Positions 28,462 to 37,092 of a stretch of DNA of 48,059 bases are shown one piece after another. Location: positions 1 to 48,059 of the forward strand of contig JAFGSQ010000002.1 in NCBI GenBank assembly GCA_016934535.1, given 5' to 3'. The number at the start of each line of letters is the position of its first letter. Within the stretch, counting starts at the first letter, position 1. A program made the position numbers and the translations under genes. This stretch comes from a candidate division WOR-3 bacterium (GTDB lineage Bacteria; SDB-A). The notes under the pieces were generated by a model, which worked only from the letters and a program-made list of their open reading frames with translations, did not search any database and was not told the DNA's origin.

Positions 28462-28493
28462 CTGGACCTCCAAAATTACTTGACTTACTTAAC

Positions 28494-28509
28494 TGCAATA
28501 TCTTTGCCA
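28494..28509 (-). promoter_or_regulatory. sigma54 (-24/-12) promoter of the minor-pilin operon
   Basis: TGGCAAAGATATTGCA: GG-N10-GC, matching TGGCACN5TTGCW except at one base; 32 nt upstream of the fimU ATG. Confidence 0.75.
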
Positions 28510-28603
28510 AAGTAAATTGCCTGTAATGGATTTTATAAGTTTTTTGAAACTGCGGTTTACACAAAAGTACGGATATAGGGAAACGGGTTTTAGCGTAATA
28601 ACA

Positions 28604-28639
28604 TGAAAACTTTTTCACTTGTGTGAAAAAGTTTTCACA
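28604..28639. promoter_or_regulatory. Perfect inverted repeat; candidate enhancer (UAS) for a sigma54 activator
   Basis: TGAAAACTTTTTCAC-TTGT-GTGAAAAAGTTTTCA (15-bp arms); each arm is itself a TGAAAA-N2-TTTTCA dyad. Confidence 0.6.
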
Positions 28640-28650
28640 ATAATGAAATA

Positions 28651-28686
28651 GCCGCACGGAGACGCATCAAAGCGTCTACGTGCGGT
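28651..28686 (-). terminator. Stem-loop after the RND gene; probable terminator
   Basis: CCGCACG-T-AGACGC/GCGTCT-C-CGTGCGG stem a few nt after the TAA, followed by CTATTTCATT. Confidence 0.6.
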
Positions 28687-28691
28687 CTTCT

Positions 28692-31600
28692 TTAATCGCT
28701 TTCGGTTATGTCTACGGGTTCCAGGTCTGCGGGCATTTTACCCGCCCTGTGAATGAACGTATAGACAACAGGTATCACTACGAGAGTCAGGAAGGTCGAA
28801 AAAAGAAGTCCGAATATTATCGGCCAGACCATTGGACCCCAAAATTTGTATTTCATACCTATTCCGAGCGCGAGGGGCAACATGCCTCCCATCGTCGTTA
28901 CTGATGTCATCAGAATAGGCCTGAGCCTGACAGGGCCGGCTTTTCTGAGAGCCTGATACAAGGGAACCCCGTCTTTCCTCAGTTTATTTGTGTATGTTAC
29001 AAACACTATAGCGTCGTTTACAACGATTCCTACAAGAGCGATCATGCCGATAAACGGCATCACGCCGAAATGGTTCCTGGTCAGCAGAAGCCCTATCATC
29101 ACTCCCGTTATGGCAAACGGAACGGTGAACATTATTATGAAAGGATCTGAAAGCGATTGAAATTGAATGACCATTATTATATAAATAAGCGCAAGACCGA
29201 CGATAAGAGCGATTCCGAGACTGCTGAAATCTTCTTCCATCTGCTGTTTGTCGCCGGTTATGTTTATTGTATATCCCGGCGTCTGAATAGAGTCTATGAA
29301 CGGTGTCAATTTTTTTATGACTTCGATAGACGTGACACCGTAAACATCTGAACTGACAGTTACCTGTCTTTTTCCGTCAACCCTGTTTATCATCGAAAAA
29401 CCCGAAGTGACGTTGACTTCGGCGACCTGTTCGAGAGGGACTGAAGATCCGGCTCCAGTCGGTATGGGAAAAGACCTGAGAACGTCTAGGGTCTTGTCAG
29501 CTTCTTCAAGCTCGACCCTAACCTTTATCCTGTCGTCTTCAATGTTTAATTCCGTCGCGTCTGTTCCGTTGAAGGATACAGCTACGGATTGAACAATATT
29601 AGAAGGAGTAATTCCGTAGTAAGCCGCTTCGCGTCTTTTGATTATCACCTCAACTTCGGGGGAGCCCGATCCGAAATCGTCTTTTACGTTACGAGTTCCT
29701 TCCTGCTGGCGCAAAAACTGTTTGACTTTGAAAGCCAAATCCATCAACACGTTTATGTCGTCGCCTCTGATCTCAACCTGTATGGGTGCCCCCGAAGGAG
29801 GACCCATGCTCTCGCCTTTCATTTCTATTCTCGCCTCGGCTATTTCGTGTCTGACGGAGTCGATTTTCGCAAGAAGTATTTCTCTGATTTCCAAGTCTTT
29901 TTTGTCGGAGTCTTCATAGAGACGCACTTCAATCTGAGCCGTGTTTTCGCTTATGTTCGACGTGTATTTTTCAACTTCGGGAATATCGGCTATAAGGGTC
30001 TCGATTTTCTTGGAAATTTCATCCAGGTTGCTGATGGGCGTTCCGTTCGGCACTGTAACATTGACCGTGAACTGATCGAAGCCGCTCGAAGGCCAGAGCT
30101 CAAACCCGACAACAGGCAAAAGGATCAGCGAAAGGACAAAAGCAGTCACTGAGATGAGCAAGGTCTTGGTTCTGTGAGTCAGCGCCCAATCGAGTGTTTT
30201 CCTGTATGCTTTCATCATCTTTGAATTTACCCATTTATCAGTTCTTTTGGCTGATTTTTTGTGATATACGGCGAATCTCGAAGCGACGGCCGGAATTACA
30301 AGATGGTCTACGAGTATCGAAGCAGAAAGGGCTATTATTACTGTTATCGGAATAAGTTTCATGAATTCGCCTGTGACACCTTTAATCATGAACATGGGAA
30401 AAAAAGCAGCCATCGTAGTCAGAGCCGCGGCCAGAACAGCCCCTCCGACTTCGTCAATTCCCTTTCTCGCAGCGCCGACCTTGTCGTATCCGTACTCAAG
30501 ATATCTGTACGTACTCTCGACGACGATTATCGCTCCGTCGACTATCATCCCTACGAGAAGAATGAGCGAAAAAAGAGACATGTTGTTGAGAGAATAACCC
30601 ATAAGATAAAGAGCCGCGAAAGACACGCAGATTATCAGCGGAAGAGATATCATTACGAGGACGGCGTTTCTCCATCCGACTCCAATGACGAGTATTAAAA
30701 TCACAAGAATCGATCCGAACACGGCATTCTGCTTAAGCTGGTTGAGGTTCTCGTTTATGTAATCGGCCTGATCGAAAGTGATGTCGAAAGTCACTCCGCT
30801 GGGTAGATTTTCCTGAATTTCCTTCAATTCCTCTCGTATGTTTTTTGAAATTCCAATCGTGTTTCCATTGGTTTTTTTATAAATTGCCAAAGTGACGGAC
30901 GGGTTGCCGTTAAATCTCGAAAATGAAACCGTCTTTTCGAGAGTGTCGAGGACCGTCGCGACATCCGACAGATAGACGGGTCCGTTCGCCGTGACAGTTA
31001 TAATAGTGTTCTCTATATCCTCCCTCGATCTGTAAGCTCCCAAAACCCTGAGTGTGTATTCTTTTTCTCCGAGATTTATGTTTCCGGCCGGCAAGTCCAT
31101 GTTGGAGCTCTTTATGGCTCCGATAATAAGAGGTACGGTCAGTCCGAATTCTCTGAGTTTGTCCTCTCTCAGCAAGACCATGAATTGTCTTTCCCTGCCT
31201 CCGAAAATATCGACTCTCGATACGCCGCTGATGCCTTCGAAAATCGGTGATATGTCGTCTGCGTATTTTTTCAGGTTTTCGTAGGATGTCCTGCTTCCGT
31301 TTTCGCTTTTCAGAGTGAGGAAAATAACCGGTATTTCACTCAGTTTTATGTCCCTTATGATTGGGTCCATTGCGTCATCAGGAAATTCGTTTTTGACCCG
31401 GTTTATTATTTCCTCTACGTCGCGTTTCGCCTCGTTGTTGTCAACTCCAATTTCAAATTCATACCAGATCTGAGCTCCGCTGTTCGAAGAATATGAATAG
31501 ACGTGTTTCAGGTCGTCTATTCCCCTGGAGTCCTCCTCGACAAATTTCGCTATCTGATTCTCGACCTCCGCGGGCGCGGCTCCCGGATAGGGAATCGTCA

Positions 31601-31739
31601 CTGAAATCCAGGGTATGTTTACGTCGGGGACAAGCTCGACGGGAATGCTGAAATAAGCGTAGACTCCGAAAAGCGCCGCTCCTATGGCAATAATGAAAAC
31701 AGTGAGATTAGCGGATATTGCGCTCTGTGAAATTTTCAT
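28692..31739 (-). CDS. RND efflux permease (AcrB/SwrC-like)
   Basis: 1015 aa with 12-TM layout; YPGAAPAEVE, GMIVDGAIIVVE, RLRPILMTS. Confidence 0.93.
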   Translation of the reverse strand: MKISQSAISANLTVFIIAIGAALFGVYAYFSIPVELVPDVNIPWISVTIPYPGAAPAEVENQIAKFVEEDSRGIDDLKHVYSYSSNSGAQIWYEFEIGVDNNEAKRDVEEIINRVKNEFPDDAMDPIIRDIKLSEIPVIFLTLKSENGSRTSYENLKKYADDISPIFEGISGVSRVDIFGGRERQFMVLLREDKLREFGLTVPLIIGAIKSSNMDLPAGNINLGEKEYTLRVLGAYRSREDIENTIITVTANGPVYLSDVATVLDTLEKTVSFSRFNGNPSVTLAIYKKTNGNTIGISKNIREELKEIQENLPSGVTFDITFDQADYINENLNQLKQNAVFGSILVILILVIGVGWRNAVLVMISLPLIICVSFAALYLMGYSLNNMSLFSLILLVGMIVDGAIIVVESTYRYLEYGYDKVGAARKGIDEVGGAVLAAALTTMAAFFPMFMIKGVTGEFMKLIPITVIIALSASILVDHLVIPAVASRFAVYHKKSAKRTDKWVNSKMMKAYRKTLDWALTHRTKTLLISVTAFVLSLILLPVVGFELWPSSGFDQFTVNVTVPNGTPISNLDEISKKIETLIADIPEVEKYTSNISENTAQIEVRLYEDSDKKDLEIREILLAKIDSVRHEIAEARIEMKGESMGPPSGAPIQVEIRGDDINVLMDLAFKVKQFLRQQEGTRNVKDDFGSGSPEVEVIIKRREAAYYGITPSNIVQSVAVSFNGTDATELNIEDDRIKVRVELEEADKTLDVLRSFPIPTGAGSSVPLEQVAEVNVTSGFSMINRVDGKRQVTVSSDVYGVTSIEVIKKLTPFIDSIQTPGYTINITGDKQQMEEDFSSLGIALIVGLALIYIIMVIQFQSLSDPFIIMFTVPFAITGVMIGLLLTRNHFGVMPFIGMIALVGIVVNDAIVFVTYTNKLRKDGVPLYQALRKAGPVRLRPILMTSVTTMGGMLPLALGIGMKYKFWGPMVWPIIFGLLFSTFLTLVVIPVVYTFIHRAGKMPADLEPVDITESD

Positions 31740-32809
31740 TTTTCGTCTCCGGCCTGATATTCAGGGCACATGACACAGTTGATTAATGAACCGTCTTCTA
31801 TGTAATCCTGCCCCGCAACGATCACGGTATCGCTGACGTTCAAACCGTTCAAAACTATGCCGAAAGAATCGTTTACCTGTTCGACGGTTATTAGCGTTCT
31901 CACGGCTTTTCCTCCCGAAGCCCGGAAAACGACCGTCTCTCCTTCCTGCATGAGCACTGATTTGAGAGGTACAATAATGGCGTCTTCGTATCTGCCGATT
32001 TCAATCATTGCCAGCCCTATCATTCCCGGAAGAAGTAGATTTTCAGAATTCGGACAGACTACTTCAACGGTGAACTTGCCTGTCTGACGATCCGCGGCCG
32101 GATATACCCTGTCTATTTGTCCGTAGAAAATCCTGTCTCTGTAGGCGTCAACCTGAACCGTTACAGAAGCACCTTCAGTTATTCTGGTTACATTTTCCGA
32201 GCTGACGCTCAATTTTAATTTCACCGAGTCCATGTCCGCAATGCCGAAATACGGCATTCCGGGACTCGCCATCTCCTGAGGATCTATTTCACTCGCAGTT
32301 ATGGTGCCGTCGAAAGGAGCTTTTATTGACGCTCCGGACACGGCGGATTGCGCCAGCATTAGACCAGCCTGGGCGCTCTGAAAAGCAGTTTGTGCGGCCT
32401 GGAATTGTACTTGAGACACCAAACCTGAATTGTAGAGTTCTTCCGATCTTGTGAAATTGTCCTGCGCCTGCGTAAAAGCGGCCTGAGCCTGAACGTAATT
32501 GGCGTAAAAATCTGTCTGTTCGAGGGTCGCTATGACTTCGTTTTTTCTGACAAGGTCTCCAACTTCGACAGAGACAGACAATACCCTGCCGCCTGATTTA
32601 AAAGACAGGTCGACTTCTCTTTGTCCTTCGATCTTTCCCGACGAACGGATCCTGTTAATGAAAAGTCCTCTGTTCACTTCTATTGTCCTAACTGAAGTGC
32701 TGAAAGGATTTTTATTGTTTTTAGGCTTTTTTGAACAGCCGAAGCTTCCCGCAAACAGCAACGCGAGACAAACCGTCGACAAGATTATCTTGAAAGCTTT
32801 GTCATTCAT
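31736..32809 (-). CDS. RND periplasmic adaptor (MFP) lipoprotein
   Basis: Lipobox SFGC; V.VGD.V, IKAPFDG, LLPGM. Confidence 0.92.
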   Translation of the reverse strand: MNDKAFKIILSTVCLALLFAGSFGCSKKPKNNKNPFSTSVRTIEVNRGLFINRIRSSGKIEGQREVDLSFKSGGRVLSVSVEVGDLVRKNEVIATLEQTDFYANYVQAQAAFTQAQDNFTRSEELYNSGLVSQVQFQAAQTAFQSAQAGLMLAQSAVSGASIKAPFDGTITASEIDPQEMASPGMPYFGIADMDSVKLKLSVSSENVTRITEGASVTVQVDAYRDRIFYGQIDRVYPAADRQTGKFTVEVVCPNSENLLLPGMIGLAMIEIGRYEDAIIVPLKSVLMQEGETVVFRASGGKAVRTLITVEQVNDSFGIVLNGLNVSDTVIVAGQDYIEDGSLINCVMCPEYQAGDEK

Positions 32810-34088
32810 ACAAACCTCCGTCTTGGACAAAGTCGTTTAACACTCCCATGGTGGCGAGCAGTTTTGAGTAAGATAAATAAATTCCGTAATAAGCTGATAT
32901 TTCACCAAGCCTGGCCTTTTCAAGCGTATTCATCGCTTCGTACAGCTCCAGTGAAGTGGCAAGTCCGTTTTTATACATTCTGTCTGTTAGATCGTATGCT
33001 TCCTGAGCGGCTACTACTGTTTTCAGAGCAATCTCGTATTGCAGAAAAGCCTGCCTTACTTCTCTGTAATTCTGATCGACAGTGCTTGCGGTCTGTGAAT
33101 GCACGTCAAGGTAGTCGAGTTCGGCGGATCTGACGTCAGACGCCGCTCCCGAATAATCGTGTATTCTCGCTGTTCCCTGAAACAGCGTCCAGCTCAACTG
33201 AACGCCGCCGTAATAATTGGGTTCGCCGAATTCAAAATTGTTTCCCGACCAGCTGTAACCGGCAAAAGCGCTAACCGTAGGCATGAACGAAGACACGGAA
33301 AGAGCTTTGCCAGATCTCGCGATCGAAAGGGAAACCTCGGAAAGAGCCAGAGAAGGGGAGTTCAATGCGGCTATCATACAGCTGTCAAACTCGGGCAAAA
33401 CAACTTCCAGAAACTCCGGTTCGACAACGGAGATTTCAGTTTTTTCTATCTGAAGAATGTCGCAAAGAGAGTTTACGGCGTTTTCGTAATTGTTCTGTGC
33501 CGTCAAAAGATTTCCCTCTTCCTGTGCGACCTGAACTTCTGATCTCGCCAAATCGAGATTTGTCACCATTCCCACTCTGAGCATTTCATTTGTAAGATTG
33601 AGATTTTCGAGAGCCGTCTCGAGAGCCTCTCTGCTGATTGTCAGGGCTTTTGAAGATTGAACCAGGCCGAGGTAAGCTGAAAGCGTCCCAAGGACTATCT
33701 GGTCTTTAGTCATCTCATTTTTGTATTCTGCCAATCGTACCAAGGAATTGTTCATCCGGACGTTTATGAGCCTTGAACCTCCTGTAAAAAGAGGAAGAGA
33801 CATTGAAAAACCCGTCTGGTGGGTCCCTTTGGCTCTGAGGACGATTTCTCCTCCTCCGTATGTTTCCTGCGTTATTTCATCGGGATACCTTGTGTAAGAC
33901 GAAGAAAAAGACAGTGTGGGCAGAAAAGCGGAAAGTGATTTTCTGTAACCGGTTTTAGCTGAAAAAATATCTTCTTCGGCTTTTCTGACGCTAATGTTGC
34001 TTTCCAGGGCTATGTCGACGGCTTCTTCCAAGGTCAAAGTCGTTCCAGTCTGGATCAGCAGTGTAAATATAAAAAAGGCGCAAAACAC
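32802..34088 (-). CDS. TolC-family outer membrane factor
   Basis: LTLEEAVDIALESN, FLPTLS, LPLFTG, YKNGLATSLEL. GTG start at 34088 after AAGGAGG. Confidence 0.9.
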   Translation of the reverse strand: MFCAFFIFTLLIQTGTTLTLEEAVDIALESNISVRKAEEDIFSAKTGYRKSLSAFLPTLSFSSSYTRYPDEITQETYGGGEIVLRAKGTHQTGFSMSLPLFTGGSRLINVRMNNSLVRLAEYKNEMTKDQIVLGTLSAYLGLVQSSKALTISREALETALENLNLTNEMLRVGMVTNLDLARSEVQVAQEEGNLLTAQNNYENAVNSLCDILQIEKTEISVVEPEFLEVVLPEFDSCMIAALNSPSLALSEVSLSIARSGKALSVSSFMPTVSAFAGYSWSGNNFEFGEPNYYGGVQLSWTLFQGTARIHDYSGAASDVRSAELDYLDVHSQTASTVDQNYREVRQAFLQYEIALKTVVAAQEAYDLTDRMYKNGLATSLELYEAMNTLEKARLGEISAYYGIYLSYSKLLATMGVLNDFVQDGGLYE

Positions 34089-34098
34089 TTTTCCTCCT

Positions 34099-34707
34099 TT
34101 AACGCTGACAGGGTCTCTCGAGGACTCCGTTTTTGAAAATGTCAAGTGCGGTTTTGATTGATTTATCACCCGCTGTTTTTTTATTCTTTATAATTCTCGG
34201 GGACATGGTTCTGAATATGAGATCGTAATACAAACTCATGAAAATGAAAGCCGTTTCTTCCGTGTCCAGGTTTTTTCTGACAGAACCCTCTTTTTTGCCT
34301 TTTTCTACAAGGCTTTTTAGAAAATCGAAGAACTCAACTTTTCTCAAAAAAATCTCGTCGAAGAATTTTTGTCTGTTTTTGAGCAAACCGGGATTGTGAA
34401 GTATGAAAGCCAGACCCGAAAACTCGGGATTTTTTTTGAAAAGACCGACGGATGCTTTCAATATTATATCGCAGGTAATAAAGAATTTATCCTCTTCGTC
34501 ATACTTTTCAACAATAATATTTTTCATGGCGTCAATAATGAAAAGAACGCATTTAAGATAAAGATCCTCTTTGTCCTTGAAATAGAGATATAAAGTTCCC
34601 TTGGCCAATCCTGCCTCACGGGCAATTTCTTCCAGGGTCACTTCTCCGAAGTATTTCTTCGAAAGCACTTTCAATGCTGATTTGATTATTTTTGTCTGTT
34701 TGTCCAT
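34099..34707 (-). CDS. TetR/AcrR regulator heading the efflux operon
   Basis: TLEEIAREAGLAKGTLYLYFKDKEDL HTH. Confidence 0.93.
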   Translation of the reverse strand: MDKQTKIIKSALKVLSKKYFGEVTLEEIAREAGLAKGTLYLYFKDKEDLYLKCVLFIIDAMKNIIVEKYDEEDKFFITCDIILKASVGLFKKNPEFSGLAFILHNPGLLKNRQKFFDEIFLRKVEFFDFLKSLVEKGKKEGSVRKNLDTEETAFIFMSLYYDLIFRTMSPRIIKNKKTAGDKSIKTALDIFKNGVLERPCQR

Positions 34708-34717
34708 GTTATGTTCC

Positions 34718-34735
34718 TGACTGACTGTTCAGTCA
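34718..34735. promoter_or_regulatory. Probable TetR operator
   Basis: TGACTGA-CTGT-TCAGTCA between the promoter and the tetR ATG. Confidence 0.75.
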
Positions 34736-34746
34736 TAAATCGCAAA

Positions 34747-34775
34747 AAAATACACCCGGCAAAGTGCTTTGTCAA
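34747..34775 (-). promoter_or_regulatory. sigma70 promoter of the tetR-efflux operon
   Basis: TTGACA-17 nt-TATTTT. Confidence 0.65.
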
Positions 34776-34796
34776 GTACAAGTTTTGAAAAAACGT

Positions 34797-34825
34797 TTGA
34801 CTATTTCGCCTTCCTGTTTTATCTT
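34797..34825 (+). promoter_or_regulatory. sigma70 promoter of the methyltransferase, probably leaderless
   Basis: TTGACT-17 nt-TATCTT-6 nt-ATG 34832; no SD. Confidence 0.65.
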
Positions 34826-34831
34826 TCTTGC

Positions 34832-35479
34832 ATGAATTTCAGGGACGAGACTTTCAAGCGTTTGATTCAGGACAAAGAGGCTTTGAAATACGAGCTTCAG
34901 AATCAGCCCAAGAGCGATTTTCTGTCCCTTTTTCTCAACGAAATGGAAATTTACAAAGAACGCAGGATCCTCGATTTTCTCTGCGGAACTGGTATGTATT
35001 CGGTTTATCTTTCCCAGATGAACAACAGAGTCATAGTGACAGAAACTTCTCCGGAAGCCATACATATAACGACTTTGAGAGCCAAACAGAATGACATCTC
35101 GCTTGAATTTGCCGAAATATCCCAGTCATTCACAATAAACCTTCCTAAAAACGTCTTCAACGGGGCGACCATGATAGACTCGATAAACTATTTCAACGAC
35201 AGCGAAGTGACGACGATTGTTCAGGAATTAAACCGACTGCTCATAAAAAACGGTTATTTGTTCATGAATTTTCTTCCCGAGGAACCTATACCCACGAAGC
35301 ATAAATTCGACTTTAAAAGCGACGGCACTTTCATTCTGCACGACGGACCAGACAAAGGGAAGATCCTTTTTCTGCGCGACAGCAAGAAAATCGAGACTTT
35401 TTTCAAAGAAGGATTCGCTCTGGTTGATATCGAAGAGACGAAAAGCGGAATGAAAAAAGTCCTGGCAAAAAAGATCTGA
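34832..35479 (+). CDS. Class I SAM-dependent methyltransferase
   Basis: ILDFLCGTG motif I, ETSPEAI, RLLIKNG. Confidence 0.8.
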   Translation: MNFRDETFKRLIQDKEALKYELQNQPKSDFLSLFLNEMEIYKERRILDFLCGTGMYSVYLSQMNNRVIVTETSPEAIHITTLRAKQNDISLEFAEISQSFTINLPKNVFNGATMIDSINYFNDSEVTTIVQELNRLLIKNGYLFMNFLPEEPIPTKHKFDFKSDGTFILHDGPDKGKILFLRDSKKIETFFKEGFALVDIEETKSGMKKVLAKKI

Positions 35480-35528
35480 AGATCAAAAGGTTCAAGAACG
35501 CCCGCTTTTCAAGAAAGGCGCTGTACAG

Positions 35529-36683
35529 GTGATATACCTCGACAACAATGCCACTACTCCCGTCGATCCGTCAGTGCTGGAAGAGATGTTGCCATATTTT
35601 TCGGAAATTTATCAAAATCCCTCTTCCTCTTACGAGTCGGCTTACATTGTCAAACAGAGAATTGAGCGTTCCCGCTCCATAATCGCCGATCTTCTGAATT
35701 GCGATCCGTCTGAAGTAATTTTCACTTCAGGAGGCACAGAATCGGCAAATCAGGCTATTTTGGGAGCCGCACTTTTTCTTTCCGAAAAAGGCAAACACCT
35801 TATTACTTCTTCCATTGAACACAAAGCGGTATTAAATACATGTAAATTTCTCGAAAAACTGGGCTTTTCGGTAACTGTTCTGCCTGTTGACGAAAATTGC
35901 TTTGTTTCGCCCTCCGATTTTGATAAAGCCGTCAGAGACGACACCATACTTGCTTCAATCATGACAGCAAACAATGAAACGGGAGCTATACAACCCGTTC
36001 AGGAACTGGCCGAAATTGCCTCTGATAAAAGCGTACTTTTTCACACGGACGCGGTCCAGGCCTTCGGAAAAATCCCTTTTGATGTAAAAAAAACGCCTGT
36101 TTCTATGCTTTCTCTTTCCGGACATAAAATATACGGACCAAAAGGAACCGGCGCCCTCTACATCAAAAAAGGAGTCCGGATTCATTCACTCATACACGGC
36201 GGATCTCACGAATATAAACTGAGAGCCGGAACCGAAAACGTCGCAGGTATTGTAGGCATTGGAAAAGCTGCCGAGATAGCCCGGGAAAGAATGCAGGAAG
36301 ACAAAAAAAATATAGGGTGTCTGCGGGACGACCTACTGAAAAAAATCAATGAAAACATCCCGGATGTCATAATAAACACGCCTGCCGAAAATTCCCTTTA
36401 CAACACGTTGAACGTTTCTTTCAGGTTCGTCGAAGGGGAGAGCCTGACGACTTTGCTCGAAATTGACGGTATTGAAGCGTCCACGGGCTCCGCTTGTTCT
36501 TCGGAGTCCCTCGATCCCTCTCATGTTCTTCTCGCGATGGGCAGGGATCACGTAGACGCTCACGGCAGCGTGCGTTTCAGTTTCGGCAGACATAACACAC
36601 AGGAAGATGTCGACGCGACCCTTTTATCTTTGAAAAGTGCTGTCGAAAAGCTGAGAAAAATGTCTCCTCTATCAAAAAAGTAA
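35529..36683 (+). CDS. nifS: Cysteine desulfurase (NifS/IscS type)
   Basis: YLDNNATT, TSGGTES, HTDAVQ, SGHKIYGPKG, STGSACSS. Confidence 0.95.
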   Translation: MIYLDNNATTPVDPSVLEEMLPYFSEIYQNPSSSYESAYIVKQRIERSRSIIADLLNCDPSEVIFTSGGTESANQAILGAALFLSEKGKHLITSSIEHKAVLNTCKFLEKLGFSVTVLPVDENCFVSPSDFDKAVRDDTILASIMTANNETGAIQPVQELAEIASDKSVLFHTDAVQAFGKIPFDVKKTPVSMLSLSGHKIYGPKGTGALYIKKGVRIHSLIHGGSHEYKLRAGTENVAGIVGIGKAAEIARERMQEDKKNIGCLRDDLLKKINENIPDVIINTPAENSLYNTLNVSFRFVEGESLTTLLEIDGIEASTGSACSSESLDPSHVLLAMGRDHVDAHGSVRFSFGRHNTQEDVDATLLSLKSAVEKLRKMSPLSKK

Positions 36684-36714
36684 ACCGTTTTTCAGAAAAA
36701 TATAAGGAGCTCAC

Positions 36715-37092
36715 ATGCCTCAATACAGCGAAAAAGTGATCGATCATTTTAAAAATCCGAGGAACATGGGTTCCATTCCTGACGCAGACGGAATCGGAAC
36801 CGTCGGCAATCCGGTTTGCGGCGACATAATGACGATCTATATTAAGGTCAGGGACGGGTTGATAACGGACTGCCGTTTTGAAACTTTCGGATGCGTGGCC
36901 GCCATTGCTTCTTCTTCCATGACAACGGAACTTATTAAAAACAAAACTCTCGAAGAAGCGCTGAAACTGACAAACAAATCAGTCATTTCAGAACTCGAAG
37001 GTCTTCCTCCTGCGAAAGTCCACTGTTCCGTACTCGCCGAACAGGCAATAAAAGCGGCCATAGACGACTACAAATCAAAAAACGGTCTATGA
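36715..37092 (+). CDS. nifU: Fe-S scaffold (IscU/NifU-N type)
   Basis: YSEKVIDHFKNPRN, NPVCGD, FGC..AIASSS, KVHCSVL. Confidence 0.95.
   Translation: MPQYSEKVIDHFKNPRNMGSIPDADGIGTVGNPVCGDIMTIYIKVRDGLITDCRFETFGCVAAIASSSMTTELIKNKTLEEALKLTNKSVISELEGLPPAKVHCSVLAEQAIKAAIDDYKSKNGL

Noticed and set aside
28622-28639. Rex or CRP site (TGTGA...TCACA)
   Set aside because: The spacer is 8 nt, not the 6 nt CRP requires. A Rex-type site cannot be excluded by eye, but the doubled dyad upstream of a sigma54 box fits an activator UAS better.
28651-28686. GTAG-type REP element
   Set aside because: Single copy in the window and no RAYT transposase; its position fits a terminator.
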